A stretch of DNA of 64,000 nt from an uncultured Nitrospiraceae bacterium (GTDB lineage Bacteria; Nitrospirota; Thermodesulfovibrionia; Thermodesulfovibrionales; Dissulfurispiraceae), in the NCBI GenBank assembly GCA_963705105.1, contig CAVPIW010000009.1:32001-96000 (forward strand). The letters run 5' to 3'. The first letter of the stretch is position 1, and each line of letters starts with the position of its first letter. The notes under the pieces were generated by a model. It was not told where the DNA came from. It made no database searches and saw nothing but the letters and a program-made list of their open reading frames with translations. Made by a program: the position numbers and the translations under genes. Below, piece by piece: positions 48,071 to 62,066 of the stretch.

Positions 48071-48862
48071 TCACTCTGCCGGCTGCGCCGGTGAAACAGC
48101 GGGCCCTGCGGGGAAGGCCTCCCGGATGTCCGGCGTTTCCGAGACCTCCTCGTACTCGGGGACGACGATGCCGCGGCGGACCATGATGCTGTAAATGATG
48201 CGGGACCGGTTTTCGACGTACCGCTGGTTACCGACGGGCGAGTATTTCCGCGGATTCGGCAGGACCGACGCCAGGCGGGCCGCCTCGGCAGGACCGAGGG
48301 CCGACGCGGGCTTCCCGTAATACTTCCGCGATGCCTCTTCAATGCCGAATATGCCCTCCCCCCACTCGGCGACATTCAGATAAATTTCGAGGATGCGCTT
48401 CTTCGACAGGTCTCTCTCGAGGCGCCAGGTATAAATCGCCTCACGAACCTTGCGAACCGGGTTTTTCGAGGGTGTCAGAAAGAGGTTCTTCGCAAGCTGC
48501 TGGCTTATGGTGCTGCCGCCGAATTTGAGCTTTCTCTCCTTCAGGTCCCGCTCCAGGGCCTTCTGGATCGCCTCGAAATCGAACCCCTCGTGCTTCCAGA
48601 ATTTGTCGTCCTCGGCGATGAGGACGGCCCTGGAAAGATAAGGGGAGACGCGGGAGAGGGGCACCCAGGTCTGCCTGATCCGGATCTTCTTCCCCTGCCC
48701 GCGCCATTCCCGTTCCCGGTATTCCATGAAGGAGGTCCTCCCCGGGTTTTCCTTCTCGTACTTACCGACACCGGGATAGACGAGGGGATATGCGATATAC
48801 GCCGTCAGTCCAAGAACGATGACGGCTGCAAGAAGGGCAGGCCAGCGTCTCCCTTTTTTCAT
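48071..48862 (-). CDS. mtgA: Monofunctional biosynthetic peptidoglycan transglycosylase
   Basis: AEDDKFWKHEGFD, GGSTISQQLAKNLFL, RKVRE, KKRILEIYLN, LPNP. Confidence 0.94.
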   Translation of the reverse strand: MKKGRRWPALLAAVIVLGLTAYIAYPLVYPGVGKYEKENPGRTSFMEYREREWRGQGKKIRIRQTWVPLSRVSPYLSRAVLIAEDDKFWKHEGFDFEAIQKALERDLKERKLKFGGSTISQQLAKNLFLTPSKNPVRKVREAIYTWRLERDLSKKRILEIYLNVAEWGEGIFGIEEASRKYYGKPASALGPAEAARLASVLPNPRKYSPVGNQRYVENRSRIIYSIMVRRGIVVPEYEEVSETPDIREAFPAGPAVSPAQPAE

Positions 48863-49025
48863 ATGCTCCAGCCTCTTTTCAAAATACTGATTGCATGATA
48901 GAATAGTTGACTTTGGTTCTGCAAGGGCGCCAATCTTCCGCGGGCTCTTCCTCCTTCTTCACCGATGCCTCGGAATACGGAACGCGGCTCACGCGAACGC
49001 TTAGAAAAAAAGCCAGGAGTGAATC

Positions 49026-50582
49026 ATGCAAAACATCGGCATCAATCCAAGCAACCACGGACTGGAGCACCACGGTCTCAGGAATATAGGCACCGCCTAT
49101 TGGAACCTCGGCGTTGCCTCCCTCGTTGAGCATGCCGTAAAGCGCGACGAGGGCATCCTCGCCTCGGGAGGCGCCCTCGTCGTGCGCACGGGCAAATACA
49201 CGGGCCGCTCCCCCCATGATAAATTCATCGTCCGTGATCCCGAAATGGAAGACCGCATCAACTGGGGCACTGTGAACCAGTCGATCGACCCCGACAGGTT
49301 CGAGGCGCTCCTGCAGAGGGTCCTCGCCTTTTACCAGGGCAGGGACGTCTTCGTCCAGGACTGCTATGTCGGCGCCGACAGGCGGCACAGCGTACCGATC
49401 CGTGCCGTCACCCAGTATGCCTGGCACAGTATCTTCGCCCGGCAGGTCTTCATCCGTCCCGACCGCTCCGAAACGAACGACCATGTTCCCGCGTTCGTCA
49501 TCCTCTCGGCGCCGGGATTCAAGGCCGACCCGGTCGCGGACGGCACGCGTTCCGAGGCTTTCATCATCGTCAGCTTCTCGAAGCGTCTTGTCCTCATCGG
49601 GGGATCGGAGTATGCCGGCGAGATGAAAAAGTCCATCTTCTCGATCCTGAATTACCTGCTGCCCGAACGGGGCATCCTTTCGATGCACTGCGCGGCGAAC
49701 ATGGGGACCGAAGGCGATACTGCCCTCTTCTTCGGCCTGAGCGGCACGGGAAAGACGTCCCTCTCGGCCGACCCGGAACGCTATCTCATCGGTGACGACG
49801 AGCACGGGTGGAGCGACAAGGGCATCTTCAATTTTGAAGGGGGCTGCTACGCCAAATGCATCCGCCTGTCAAAGGAGAACGAGCCCCAGATATGGAACGC
49901 CATCCGTTTCAGTTCGGTCCTCGAAAACGTCGTCGTCGATCCCGAAACGAGGATCATGAATTACAACGACGACAGCCACACCGAGAACACCCGAGCCGCC
50001 TACCCCCTCCACTTCATCGACAACGCCGTCATTCCGAGCATCGGCGTTCACCCGAACCATATCTTCTTCCTCACCTGCGACGCCTTCGGAGTTCTGCCTC
50101 CCATTTCCCGTCTTTCCCATGAACAGGCGATGCAGCAGTTCCTCCTTGGCTATACCGCAAAGGTGGCAGGCACCGAGACAGGCATCACCCAGCCCCAGGT
50201 GACCTTCAGCACCTGCTTCGGCGCGCCCTTCCTGCCTCTGCCGCCGAAAGTCTATGCGGACCTCCTGGGGAAGAAGCTGAAACGCCACGGCTCCCAGGTC
50301 TGGCTCGTCAACACGGGATGGAGCGGCGGCCCCTTCGGCATCGGCAGCAGGATCAGCATCCCCTATACACGGGCGATGGTCCGGGCCGCCCTGAAAGGGT
50401 CATTGAACGGTGTCGATTACCGGATGGATCCGATTTTCAAGCTCGAAGCCCCGCGCACCTGTCCCGGCGTCCCCGCGGTGGTGCTTGATACCAGGAGAAC
50501 ATGGAAAGACAAAAAGGCCTACGACGCCCAGGCCCGGCATCTCGCCGCCATGTGGGAGGAGCAGTTTCACAAGGCGAAGTAA
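49026..50582 (+). CDS. pckA: Phosphoenolpyruvate carboxykinase (ATP)
   Basis: [46 protein letters not shown]. Confidence 0.97.
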   Translation: MQNIGINPSNHGLEHHGLRNIGTAYWNLGVASLVEHAVKRDEGILASGGALVVRTGKYTGRSPHDKFIVRDPEMEDRINWGTVNQSIDPDRFEALLQRVLAFYQGRDVFVQDCYVGADRRHSVPIRAVTQYAWHSIFARQVFIRPDRSETNDHVPAFVILSAPGFKADPVADGTRSEAFIIVSFSKRLVLIGGSEYAGEMKKSIFSILNYLLPERGILSMHCAANMGTEGDTALFFGLSGTGKTSLSADPERYLIGDDEHGWSDKGIFNFEGGCYAKCIRLSKENEPQIWNAIRFSSVLENVVVDPETRIMNYNDDSHTENTRAAYPLHFIDNAVIPSIGVHPNHIFFLTCDAFGVLPPISRLSHEQAMQQFLLGYTAKVAGTETGITQPQVTFSTCFGAPFLPLPPKVYADLLGKKLKRHGSQVWLVNTGWSGGPFGIGSRISIPYTRAMVRAALKGSLNGVDYRMDPIFKLEAPRTCPGVPAVVLDTRRTWKDKKAYDAQARHLAAMWEEQFHKAK

Positions 50583-50598
50583 CTCCGACCGGCCTGGT

Positions 50599-51366
50599 AT
50601 GCGGACGATCAGAATCACCCTGCAGTATGATGGGACCGCCTACCGGGGCTGGCAGAGGCAGCTCAGCGACGACACAATACAAGCCCGTATCGAGGACTGC
50701 ATCGCGAAGATAACGGGAGAGTCCGCAAACGTCATGGGCGCCGGTCGGACCGACGCGGGCGTTCATGCCCTCGGCCAGGTCGCGTCGTTCAGAACCTCCT
50801 CGGCGCTGCCTTCTTCGACTCTCGCCCGTGCGATGAACGCCCGTCTTCCCGCCGATATACGGATCACCGAAGCCGGGGAGGCCCGCATTGATTTCCATGC
50901 CCGCCATGATGCCAGTGGCAAGACGTACCGCTACATTATCTCAAACGGGCGGGTCCTCTCTCCCTTCCTCCACCGCTACGCCTGGATGGTCCCCTGCCCC
51001 CTTGACGCCGCCTCCATGGCATCAGCAGCGGAGGTCCTGACGGGACGGCATGATTTCAGCTCCTTCCGGGGCGCCGGCTGCAGCTCCCGGAATCCGGTGA
51101 GGACCCTCAGCACGCTGAAGGTCGAACGGACCGACGGCGTCTCCTGTTTCGGTTTTCCGGTCGACGGCGTCTTTTACACGGTCACGGCAGAGGCGGAGGC
51201 ATTCATGCGGCACATGGTGAGAAACATCGTGGGGACCCTTGTCGAGGCGGGCAGGGGGAAAATAACGGTGCAGGATGTGGGGGGAATTTTAGAGGGGAGA
51301 GACCGGCGGCTTGCCGGTCCGACGGCTCCGCCCCAGGGTCTGTTCCTTGATCGTGTTCACTATTGA
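50599..51366 (+). CDS. truA: tRNA pseudouridine(38-40) synthase
   Basis: YDGTAYRGWQ, GAGRTDAGVHA, HDFSSF, HMVRNIVG, TAPPQGL. Confidence 0.96.
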   Translation: MRTIRITLQYDGTAYRGWQRQLSDDTIQARIEDCIAKITGESANVMGAGRTDAGVHALGQVASFRTSSALPSSTLARAMNARLPADIRITEAGEARIDFHARHDASGKTYRYIISNGRVLSPFLHRYAWMVPCPLDAASMASAAEVLTGRHDFSSFRGAGCSSRNPVRTLSTLKVERTDGVSCFGFPVDGVFYTVTAEAEAFMRHMVRNIVGTLVEAGRGKITVQDVGGILEGRDRRLAGPTAPPQGLFLDRVHY

Positions 51367-51377
51367 ACGGCGCTCTT

Positions 51378-51803
51378 TTAAAAAGACTCCCTTTCAAACT
51401 TGTCCATGAGTTCCTTCTTTTCCTGGCAATCACGGCATAAAATCGCGAAGGGGATCACCTTCAGCCGTTCTTCACTGATCGTATCTCCGCAATCCTCGCA
51501 GATACCGTAGGTCCCTTCGTCGATCTTCTTGAGGGCCGCGTCGATCTTGATGAGGGTCTCGCGGTGCGTGCTGAGCTGTTTCAGGCTGATGTCCTCGGAG
51601 AGGTCGACGACGGAGAGGTCCCCGTCATCCATGACGGTCTCCACAAGCTGCCTCTTTTCTCCGGAGATGTACTTCTTGATCTCCGCCTTGGAGTCTTTGA
51701 CGATCTTCTCACGCCGCTCTATGAGGGCCCTGCGCAGCCTTTCTCTTCTCTGCCTTTCCTCGTCTTCGGCTTTCTTTATATTTTTCTTGGAACGCTCTGC
51801 CAT
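51378..51803 (-). CDS. TraR/DksA family C4 zinc-finger regulator
   Basis: Coiled coil with DDGD tip and YGICEDC...CRDC. Confidence 0.9.
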   Translation of the reverse strand: MAERSKKNIKKAEDEERQRRERLRRALIERREKIVKDSKAEIKKYISGEKRQLVETVMDDGDLSVVDLSEDISLKQLSTHRETLIKIDAALKKIDEGTYGICEDCGDTISEERLKVIPFAILCRDCQEKKELMDKFERESF

Positions 51804-51872
51804 GACTCCTCCTCACCCGTCAACAGGTATGGTGCGGTCCCGGAATGCTCCGGCCCCGTATCAGCGCGACCG

Positions 51873-52034
51873 TCAGGCCGGGGACGCTTCCTCTGCGGGC
51901 GCCCCTGCCGCAATCTCTTCTTTGAAGACCTCCGTAATGCTCCTCACCTTGATGCCTGCCTGTTCCAGGGCTTTCTGTATATCCACCGCCTTTGCGTCGG
52001 TCACTTTCACGACGAAGTTACTGTTCTTTGCCAT
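51873..52034 (-). CDS. Small 53-aa protein not in the ORF track
   Basis: MAKNSNFVVKVTDAKAVDIQKALEQAGIKVRSITEVFKEEIAAGAPAEEASPA. GGAGG RBS lies within the frr 3' end and the ATG is 3 bp after the frr stop. Confidence 0.7.
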   Translation of the reverse strand: MAKNSNFVVKVTDAKAVDIQKALEQAGIKVRSITEVFKEEIAAGAPAEEASPA

Positions 52035-52037
52035 CGA

Positions 52038-52604
52038 TCAAACCTCCATGATCTCCTTTTCCTTATGCTGAAGGGTCTCTTCCACTTTCACGATGAACGA
52101 GTCCGTCACTTTCTGTATCTCGTCCTGAACCTTCTTCACCTCGTCCTCGCTGATGCTCTGTTCCTTCTCGGCTTTTTTCAGTTCTTCGATGACGTCCCGC
52201 CTGATGTTCCGGACGGCGACCCGCGCTTCTTCCGACCTCTTCTTCACGATCTTGACGAGCTGCTTTCTCCTCTCCTCCGTCAGGGGTGGGATGTTGAGCC
52301 TGATCGTCTTGCCGTCATTGCCTGGATTGATGCCGAGGTCGGACTTTTGGATCGCCTTCTCTATGACCGGTATGAGCTTCGGTTCCCAGGGCTGGATCGT
52401 GATCTGCCTGCTCTGCGGTATGCCCAGCGTCGCCACCTGCGGCAGCGGTGTCGGCGTGCCGTAATAATCGACGATGATGCCGTCCAGAAGGGCCAGGGAC
52501 GCCCTGCCGGTCCTGATCCCCGAGAAATCCTTCTTCAGTGATTCGATCGCAGCGTTCATCCTGTCGTTCGTCTTTTTCCTGTATTCCTGTTTCAATTCCT
52601 GCAT
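52038..52604 (-). CDS. frr: Ribosome recycling factor
   Basis: [31 protein letters not shown]. Confidence 0.97.
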   Translation of the reverse strand: MQELKQEYRKKTNDRMNAAIESLKKDFSGIRTGRASLALLDGIIVDYYGTPTPLPQVATLGIPQSRQITIQPWEPKLIPVIEKAIQKSDLGINPGNDGKTIRLNIPPLTEERRKQLVKIVKKRSEEARVAVRNIRRDVIEELKKAEKEQSISEDEVKKVQDEIQKVTDSFIVKVEETLQHKEKEIMEV

Positions 52605-52628
52605 ATCCGTTCTCCCTCTTTCAAGGAT

Positions 52629-53426
<798 letters not shown>

Positions 53427-53457
53427 TCAGCTCATCGCCCGGGCCGACCGGGATTGA

Positions 53458-54078
53458 TCACTCTTCCCGGGGCTCTGTTGTTTCTAACTTTTCGCCCAAC
53501 TGGAAGCGGACGAACCGCCTGATGACGATGTTCTCTCCCAGCTTCGCTATCTTCTCCGTGATGAGATCCTTGATCTTCTGCTTCTGCTCGGGGTCCTTGA
53601 CAAAGACCTGATCGAGGAGGCAGGTGTCGCTGAAATACTTGTCCAGCTTGCCCTCGACGATCTTTTCGACCACCTGGGCGGGCTTGTTCGTCACCTGCGA
53701 CCGGTATATCTCTTTCTCCTTCTCGATGATGTCGCCGGGCACGTCTTCCCTCGAAACATAGAGGGGGCTGGACGCCGCGATATGCATGGCCACATCCTTG
53801 ACGAGCTCCTTGAAATCGGGGGTGCGGGCGACGAAATCGGTCTCGCAGTTCACCTCGATGAGGACGCCGATCTTGTCCATATGGATATACGAACCGACAT
53901 TGCCCTCCGATGCGGTCCTGCTCGCCTTTTTCGCGGCCGTCGCCAGACCCTTCTGCCTCAGCACGGTGACCGCCTTCTCCAAGTCCCCGCTGCTTTCGGA
54001 CAGGGCGCGCTTGCAGTCCATGAGGCCGGCGCCGGTCTTCTCCCGCAGTTCCTTTACCATGTCAGCCGATATCGTCAT
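53458..54078 (-). CDS. tsf: Elongation factor Ts (short form)
   Basis: [35 protein letters not shown]. Confidence 0.97.
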   Translation of the reverse strand: MTISADMVKELREKTGAGLMDCKRALSESSGDLEKAVTVLRQKGLATAAKKASRTASEGNVGSYIHMDKIGVLIEVNCETDFVARTPDFKELVKDVAMHIAASSPLYVSREDVPGDIIEKEKEIYRSQVTNKPAQVVEKIVEGKLDKYFSDTCLLDQVFVKDPEQKQKIKDLITEKIAKLGENIVIRRFVRFQLGEKLETTEPREE

Positions 54079-54845
54079 TGAGTAATCTCCTCTTTCATCT
54101 CATCCCCGGCCGCCTTCACCTCCGCCGCGACCTTCTCCAGCTCCGCCTCCCTGCTCTTTTCGAGGAGGCTCCTGCCCTCTCGTATCGCCTCGGACATCTT
54201 TGCGGACAGCAGCTTGATCGCCCGGATGGCGTCGTCATTTCCGGGAATAACATAATCCACCTCGTCAGGGTCGCAGTTCGTGTCGACAACGGCGACGATC
54301 GGTATTGACAGCCGGCGCGCCTCAGCAATTGCGATGCGCTCCTTCTTCGGGTCGATCACGAAAAGCGCCCCTGGCAGCGTCCCCATATCCTTTATGCCGA
54401 TGAGGTTCTTGTCCAGTTTCAGCCGCTCCTTTTCGAGCTTCGCAACTTCTTTCTTTGTGAGGACCGAGTACGTCCCGTCTTCCTTCATCGTCTCGATTTT
54501 TTTCAGTCTCTCGATGCTCTTCCTGACCGTCGTATAGTTGGTGAGCATGCCGCCGAGCCATCTGCTGTTGACGTAAAAGGAATTCGACTTCTTCGCCTCG
54601 TCGGCGATCGCGTCCTGGGCCTGCTTCTTCGTCCCGACAAAAAGGACCGGCGCTCCCGTCACCGCCACATTCCTGACGAAATTGTATGCATCCTCGATGC
54701 CTTTCACCGTCTTCTGGAGATCGACGATGTGGATGCCGTTCCTCTCGCCGAAGATGTACTTCTTCATCTTCGGATTCCAACGTTTTACCTGATGTCCGAA
54801 ATGGACACCCGACTCGAGCAACTCCTTCATTGTGACAACACCCAT
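54075..54845 (-). CDS. rpsB: 30S ribosomal protein S2
   Basis: [42 protein letters not shown]. Confidence 0.98.
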   Translation of the reverse strand: MGVVTMKELLESGVHFGHQVKRWNPKMKKYIFGERNGIHIVDLQKTVKGIEDAYNFVRNVAVTGAPVLFVGTKKQAQDAIADEAKKSNSFYVNSRWLGGMLTNYTTVRKSIERLKKIETMKEDGTYSVLTKKEVAKLEKERLKLDKNLIGIKDMGTLPGALFVIDPKKERIAIAEARRLSIPIVAVVDTNCDPDEVDYVIPGNDDAIRAIKLLSAKMSEAIREGRSLLEKSREAELEKVAAEVKAAGDEMKEEITQ

Positions 54846-54854
54846 GCTGTACTC

Positions 54855-54935
54855 CTCCTCTGGTTTGCCTCCGCCGTATTCCCCTTCACCCGTCTTCGCG
54901 GGACCACCGGGGAATCGCATTCAGGCGTGTGTTTT
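54855..54935 (-). ncRNA. rpsB leader (t44-like autoregulatory RNA)
   Basis: Located in the rpsB 5' UTR: ACACAC...GGTG...GGAGGC..AACC with internal stem ATTCCCC/GGGGAAT. Confidence 0.6.
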
Positions 54936-54979
54936 TGAATAGAAAAATTAGCATAAAGTATGCTGAATTATCAAGTGAA

Positions 54980-55164
54980 CTCTAGATACGCCCTATCGAA
55001 AGGCGGGGCGTATGCTCCGAAAACCTTGATGCGGCGACACCATAACCGTTACGGAAGGCGACGTTTCAAGCCGATGATCGAAAAAGTGTTTACTGACACT
55101 GACACTCACACTGAAACTGTTTTTCAGAGCGCATACGCCCCGCCTTGTCATGCAACTGGGAAGA
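54980..55164 (+). mobile_element. MITE-like repeat, subtype A variant (flanks TGAA/CGAA)
   Basis: AAGGCGGGGCGTATGC...GCATACGCCCCGCCTT perfect 16-bp arms, with ACTGAC/ACTCAC cargo. Confidence 0.8.
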
Positions 55165-55170
55165 CGAACC

Positions 55171-55845
55171 TCACAGCCGGCTGAATTTATCGAGGTCCTC
55201 GTTCTTCCCGATCAGGACGAGCAGGTCCCCGGCCGATACGGTATCGGTCGCGAGGGGGTTGAGGATCCACCGCTCCTTTTCGACTCCCCTTTCTCCCTCG
55301 GTCCTCTTAATTGCAATAACGCTTACACCATAGTTTCTCCTGAGCTGGCTTTCTCTCAGGGTCTTTCCGGCAAGCATCCCCGGCGCGGGCAGCTCGACGA
55401 TACTGAAATCCGGCGAAAGCTCGAGCTGCTCGACGATGCCCGGCCTGATCAGGCTCTGGGCGATCCTGATCGCCATGTCGCGTTCGGGATAGACGATCCT
55501 GTCGACTTTGAGGTTCTCAAGAACCCTTCCGTGGAGCTGCGTGACGGCTTTTGCCACGATGTTCTTCACGCCAATCTCCTTGAGGATCATGACGACGAGG
55601 ATGCTCGCCTCGATGTTTTCGCCGATGCTCACGACGGCGACATCGACGTTCTGGACGCCCACGGACCGGAGTGCCTTGTCGTCCATGGCATCGAGGACGA
55701 CGGCATAAGTAACGAGGTCGGCAAGGGCCTTCACCCTCTCCTCGTCATTGTCGATGGCAATGACTTCACAGTCCATTTCAGCCAATGTTTTCGCAACGGA
55801 ATATCCGAATCTCCCGAGCCCGATAACGGCATACTGCTTATTCAT
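55171..55845 (-). CDS. ktrA: KtrA/TrkA potassium uptake NAD-binding subunit
   Basis: VIGLGRFG, VYPERDMA and an RCK_C domain. Confidence 0.9.
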   Translation of the reverse strand: MNKQYAVIGLGRFGYSVAKTLAEMDCEVIAIDNDEERVKALADLVTYAVVLDAMDDKALRSVGVQNVDVAVVSIGENIEASILVVMILKEIGVKNIVAKAVTQLHGRVLENLKVDRIVYPERDMAIRIAQSLIRPGIVEQLELSPDFSIVELPAPGMLAGKTLRESQLRRNYGVSVIAIKRTEGERGVEKERWILNPLATDTVSAGDLLVLIGKNEDLDKFSRL

Positions 55846-57182
55846 CCCAGGATAACCCTCCCTTCAGGGTATCTGAATCGTTCCTCTGTTTTTCTGATGA
55901 GGGCGACGCCCACTGTCAGCGGTCCCAGCCTGCCGGCGAACATGGTGAGGCTGATCATGATTTTGCCGAATGGTGTAAAGAGTGCCGAAAGGCTCCTCAC
56001 CCCTCCGTCCCCGATGGAGAGGCCGACCGTTCCAAAGGCGGACGTCACTTCAAATAACGTTGAGAGGTATTTCGTGTCCTCTCCCCTGATAATGTTGAAG
56101 GTGACCACGACGACAAGGATGAAGGCAAGCGTGATGAGTAAAAAAGCCCTTGACACGACATCCTGCGAGATCCTGCGTCTGAACATCACCGTGTCCCTCC
56201 TGCTCCGGAGCGTCGCCCAGAGGGCCATGATCATGACAGCGAAAGTCGATGTCTTCACTCCTCCTCCGGTGCTGCCGGGCGACGCCCCGATGAACATGAG
56301 AATGATTGTCAGGAACAGCGTATCCAGCCGCAGCGTCGAGTAATCGACGGTATTGAACCCGGCAGTCCGCGGGGTGACCGATGCGAAATAGGAGACGAGG
56401 ATCTGTTCCCGGAGGGTCATCTGCCCGAAGGTAAGAGGATTGCCGAGCTCAAAGAGAAAGATGATGACCGCTCCGGCGACGATGAGGATCGCCGTCGTCG
56501 TCAGGACGACCTTTGAATGAAAGGAGAGCTTCAGGACCCTCTTCCGCGCAAAGGCATAGACATCGCTGATGACGATGAACCCGATCCCGCCCAGGATGAT
56601 GAGGCTCGTGATGACGAGGTTGATGATGATGTCCCCCCGGTATTTCATCAGGTTCTCCGAGAAAGTGCTGAAACCGGCGTTGTTGAAGGCGGAGACGGCG
56701 TGGAAAAGGCCGTAGAAAAAGGCTTCACCAAGCGGATAGTCGAGAGAGAAACGAAGGCTCAGCAACAAAGCGCCGGTCAGTTCAAAGAGAACGGTGATGA
56801 GAAGCACCGCTTTGGTGAACCGTACGACACCCTCCAGACTGAGGACATTGAGGGCCTCCTTCATGATGAGGCGCTCGCCGAGCCCGATCCTCTTGCCGAT
56901 CATCAGGGAGATGATCGTCGCCGATGTCATGTATCCGAGACCGCCGAACTGGATGAGGAGCATGATGATAATCTGGCCGGCTGTCGTAAATTCGTTGGGC
57001 GTATCCAGCACGATAAGACCGGTGACGCAGACTGCCGACGTCGATGTAAAGAGGGCGTCGACGAAGGATATGCCCTTCGGGGTCGAAAAGGGGAGCATGA
57101 GAAGCCCCGTTCCCGTGAGGATGATCGCAAGAAACCCGATGACGAGGATCTGGGAGGGATTGAGCTTCTTCGTCAAACCCAT
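55842..57182 (-). CDS. ktrB: KtrB/TrkH potassium uptake membrane subunit
   Basis: SAVCVTGL, SAFNNAGF, PRTAGF, SAFGTVGLS. Confidence 0.92.
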   Translation of the reverse strand: MGLTKKLNPSQILVIGFLAIILTGTGLLMLPFSTPKGISFVDALFTSTSAVCVTGLIVLDTPNEFTTAGQIIIMLLIQFGGLGYMTSATIISLMIGKRIGLGERLIMKEALNVLSLEGVVRFTKAVLLITVLFELTGALLLSLRFSLDYPLGEAFFYGLFHAVSAFNNAGFSTFSENLMKYRGDIIINLVITSLIILGGIGFIVISDVYAFARKRVLKLSFHSKVVLTTTAILIVAGAVIIFLFELGNPLTFGQMTLREQILVSYFASVTPRTAGFNTVDYSTLRLDTLFLTIILMFIGASPGSTGGGVKTSTFAVMIMALWATLRSRRDTVMFRRRISQDVVSRAFLLITLAFILVVVVTFNIIRGEDTKYLSTLFEVTSAFGTVGLSIGDGGVRSLSALFTPFGKIMISLTMFAGRLGPLTVGVALIRKTEERFRYPEGRVILG

Positions 57183-57187
57183 CGTTG

Positions 57188-58041
57188 TCAGTCCGTCGGG
57201 ATGCTGACCATCCCGCGCCTGACGGAGTCGGCGACGCGTGCCACCCTGGCCATCTCCCTGACGTCGTGCACCCTCACGATATGGGCGCCGTTGAAGATCG
57301 AAATCGCGACGGCAGCCGCCGTGCCTTCCAGTCGCTCCGAAGGAGGGGCGTCACCGAGGATCTTTCCGAGGAAGGCCTTCCGCGATACGCCGATGACGAT
57401 GGGGTGTCCCAGTTTGAGAAACTCGCCTAGGTCCCGGATGATCTGCAGGTTATGGTCGAAGGTCTTGCCGAAGCCGATGCCGGGGTCGATCATGACCATG
57501 CCGGGGGGAATGCCTGCCCTCGCGGCGATCGCGATGCTTTCCCTGAGGTATGCGGTGACCTCCGGAATGAGCGCTTCGTAGGTGGGATTCACCTGCATGA
57601 CCTTCGGCTTGCCCCTGATGTGCATGACGATGACGGGCACACCGGCGCGGGCGACGACGTCCGCCATCTCCGGATCGAACCGGAGGCCGCTGATGTCGTT
57701 CACCATGGAGGCGCCGGCGTCGAGGGCCTGCCGCGCCACGTCGGCCTTGCAGGTATCGATCGATACGGGAACGGAGACGGCCCGCGAGACGGCCCTGATG
57801 ACGGGGATGGTGCGCCGGAGCTCCTCGTCCCGACTCACGGGGTCGGACCCGGGCCTTGTCGATTCTCCGCCGATGTCGATGATGTCGGCGCCTTCTTCGG
57901 CGAGCCTCAGGGCATGTGCGACGGCGACTTCGCCGTCAAAGAAGAGGCCGCCGTCGGAGAAGGAGTCGGGGGTGGTGTTCACCACTCCCATGATGTGGGT
58001 CCTGGCTGTGAGGTTAAGGGAAAAGCTCCGCCATGACAGGA

Positions 58042-58045
<4 letters not shown>
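57188..58045 (-). CDS. folP: Dihydropteroate synthase
   Basis: [35 protein letters not shown]. Confidence 0.96.
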
Positions 58046-59853
<1,808 letters not shown>

Positions 59854-59857
59854 AGCC

Positions 59858-60589
59858 TCAGTATTTTAACATATTTTCTTTCAGCATCTCCTGCTGAATT
59901 TTGATGAGATCGAGGTTCCCCTTTTCCGCGAGGGAGAGCATGACGTCGAGCTGGGGCAGTGAGAACGGTGTCGTTTCGGCGGTCCCCTGGATCTCGACGA
60001 AGTGGCCGCTGCCCGTCATGACGACGTTCATGTCCACCTCTGCGGCCGAGTCCTCGGCATAGCAGAGGTCGAGCCGTGGTTCGCCGCTGACGATGCCGAC
60101 ACTGACGGCGGCGAGATGATCACGTATGGGGTTCCTCGCTATCGCGCCCCGCTTCAGCGCCTGGCGGAAAGCGTCGCTGAGGGCGATGAAGGCACCGGTG
60201 ATCGAGGCGGTCCTCGTGCCTCCGTCGGCCTGGATCACGTCGCAGTCGACCCAGGCCGTGCGCTCGCCGAAGGCCGTGAGGTCGACGACGGCCCGGAGCG
60301 CCCTGCCGATGAGCCTCTGGATCTCCTGGGTCCGTCCGCCGAGACGGCCCGACGTCGCCTCCCGCATCGTCCGCGTGTGCGTTGCACGGGGGATCATGCC
60401 GTATTCGGCCGTCACCCAGCCCCTCTTCTGATCTCTCATAAAGAAGGGGACCTTTTCCTCGATCGTCGCCGTACAGATCACCTTCGTGTTGCCGATCTCG
60501 ATCAGCACCGATCCTTCGGCATACTGTATGTAGTTCCTCGTGACCGACACCTTTCTCAGTTCATCGTTCTTTCTTCCGTCAGGCCTCAT
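59858..60589 (-). CDS. rph: Ribonuclease PH
   Basis: [36 protein letters not shown]. Confidence 0.97.
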   Translation of the reverse strand: MRPDGRKNDELRKVSVTRNYIQYAEGSVLIEIGNTKVICTATIEEKVPFFMRDQKRGWVTAEYGMIPRATHTRTMREATSGRLGGRTQEIQRLIGRALRAVVDLTAFGERTAWVDCDVIQADGGTRTASITGAFIALSDAFRQALKRGAIARNPIRDHLAAVSVGIVSGEPRLDLCYAEDSAAEVDMNVVMTGSGHFVEIQGTAETTPFSLPQLDVMLSLAEKGNLDLIKIQQEMLKENMLKY

Positions 60590-61410
60590 GATCCCTCTTT
60601 TCCTTTCAGTTTGATCGACAGCACGTCTCCCATCCTCTGTTCCAGGAACCGCTCACCGACGACGGCGAATTTTTCAGGCGAGTCGGTGACGAAGAACCTC
60701 CTGGCCGGGCGCTCCTCCGACCGGTTTTCCAACCCCGCCCCGGCGAGCACATCACGGACGACCCGCGCCGTCTCGACGGCTGAATCGATCAGGGCCACAT
60801 CACCCAGCACCTCCTGAATGACCTTCTTCAGCAGGGGGTAGTGCGTGCATCCGAGAACGATGGCATCGATGCCGATCTCCTTCAGATGTGCAAGATAACG
60901 CTCCGCCACCATCGTCGCAATGGGACCGTCCGTCCACCCCTCCTCGACGAGGGGAACGAAAAGAGGGCAGGGCTTTGCAACGACCTCTATGTCCGCGTCG
61001 ATCGCCTGGATCGCCCTGATATAGGCGCCGCTCCTGATCGTCGCCTCGGTGCCGATGACCCCGACCCGCTTGACCTTCGTCCTTGCCGTCGCAGTCTTCG
61101 CGCCCGGCTCGATCACACCGATGACGGGAATGGGGACCCGCTGGCGGATCTCCTGCAGGCAGATGGCCGACACGGTGTTGCAGGCCACAACGAGGAGCTT
61201 GATGTTCTGGCTCAGCAGAAAGTCGGTGCACTCGAACGAATACTGGGTCACCGTGTCCGCCGACCTCGTGCCGTAGGGAACCCGTGCCGTGTCGCCGAAA
61301 TAGACGATGCCCTCGTACGGCAGGATACTGCTCACCTCCTTGAAAACGGTGAGTCCGCCGATACCCGAGTCGAAGATGCCGACGGATTGATCCCTGACAT
61401 CCCGGCCCAC
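60586..61410 (-). CDS. murI: Glutamate racemase
   Basis: [23 protein letters not shown]. Confidence 0.97.
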   Translation of the reverse strand: MGRDVRDQSVGIFDSGIGGLTVFKEVSSILPYEGIVYFGDTARVPYGTRSADTVTQYSFECTDFLLSQNIKLLVVACNTVSAICLQEIRQRVPIPVIGVIEPGAKTATARTKVKRVGVIGTEATIRSGAYIRAIQAIDADIEVVAKPCPLFVPLVEEGWTDGPIATMVAERYLAHLKEIGIDAIVLGCTHYPLLKKVIQEVLGDVALIDSAVETARVVRDVLAGAGLENRSEERPARRFFVTDSPEKFAVVGERFLEQRMGDVLSIKLKGKEGS

Positions 61411-61412
61411 TC

Positions 61413-62018
61413 CTATCCCCCTCCCTGTTTCACCGTCTCACGGAGCGGGTGAAGGGCGAAGAAATGTCCGCCGATGCTTTCGACCTCTTCTCCTTCGATC
61501 AGTATCTTGACGTTTTCCATACCCGTGACATTCGACGCAAGGGTGTCGAGCATCGATTTGAGGAAAAAAAACTCGTCCGCCGCATCACCCCGGAAGTGCC
61601 GCCTTATGTCGTCCGAGAGGTTCACATAGAGCATGCCCTCGCTGTCACGATATATGCCGAGCACCTTCGTGTCCCGCATCCCCTCGCGGAGCCCTTTCAG
61701 GTACTCCGAGAGCACGGCTTCCGCCATCTTGAGAGGATGCTGATGGGCTCTGACGGTCGCGACAGTGGCGGAAACGCCGCCGTCGGCGGGCAGGAATATG
61801 CGCACCGAGACGGTGTCGGCCGCCCCCGGTGCAGGAGCTTTCGCCTGCCCCGCGTCCTCCCCGGGCGCCTTTGAGACAGGGGACTCATCGTCCTGGCCGA
61901 AATAGTACTTCGTCGCCACCCATCCGGCGACGACGGCTGCGACGAGCACAACGGCTGCGATCAGGACAGTCCTGACGCTGATGCCGTTCTTCTGTGGTCC
62001 TTTTCCCGATGTGTTCAT
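61413..62018 (-). CDS. GerMN-domain protein
   Basis: N-terminal TM, LYVNLS, VKILIEG..VESIGGH. Usual amidase-GerMN-murI-rph context. Confidence 0.8.
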   Translation of the reverse strand: MNTSGKGPQKNGISVRTVLIAAVVLVAAVVAGWVATKYYFGQDDESPVSKAPGEDAGQAKAPAPGAADTVSVRIFLPADGGVSATVATVRAHQHPLKMAEAVLSEYLKGLREGMRDTKVLGIYRDSEGMLYVNLSDDIRRHFRGDAADEFFFLKSMLDTLASNVTGMENVKILIEGEEVESIGGHFFALHPLRETVKQGGG

Positions 62019-62066
62019 CGTATCTTTACAATACACGAGGCACCGGAAAAAATCGATCAGGCGGGG

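Noticed and set aside
53458..54078. EF-Ts of only 206 aa as a truncation
   Set aside because: The short EF-Ts form is normal in several phyla and both ends are intact.
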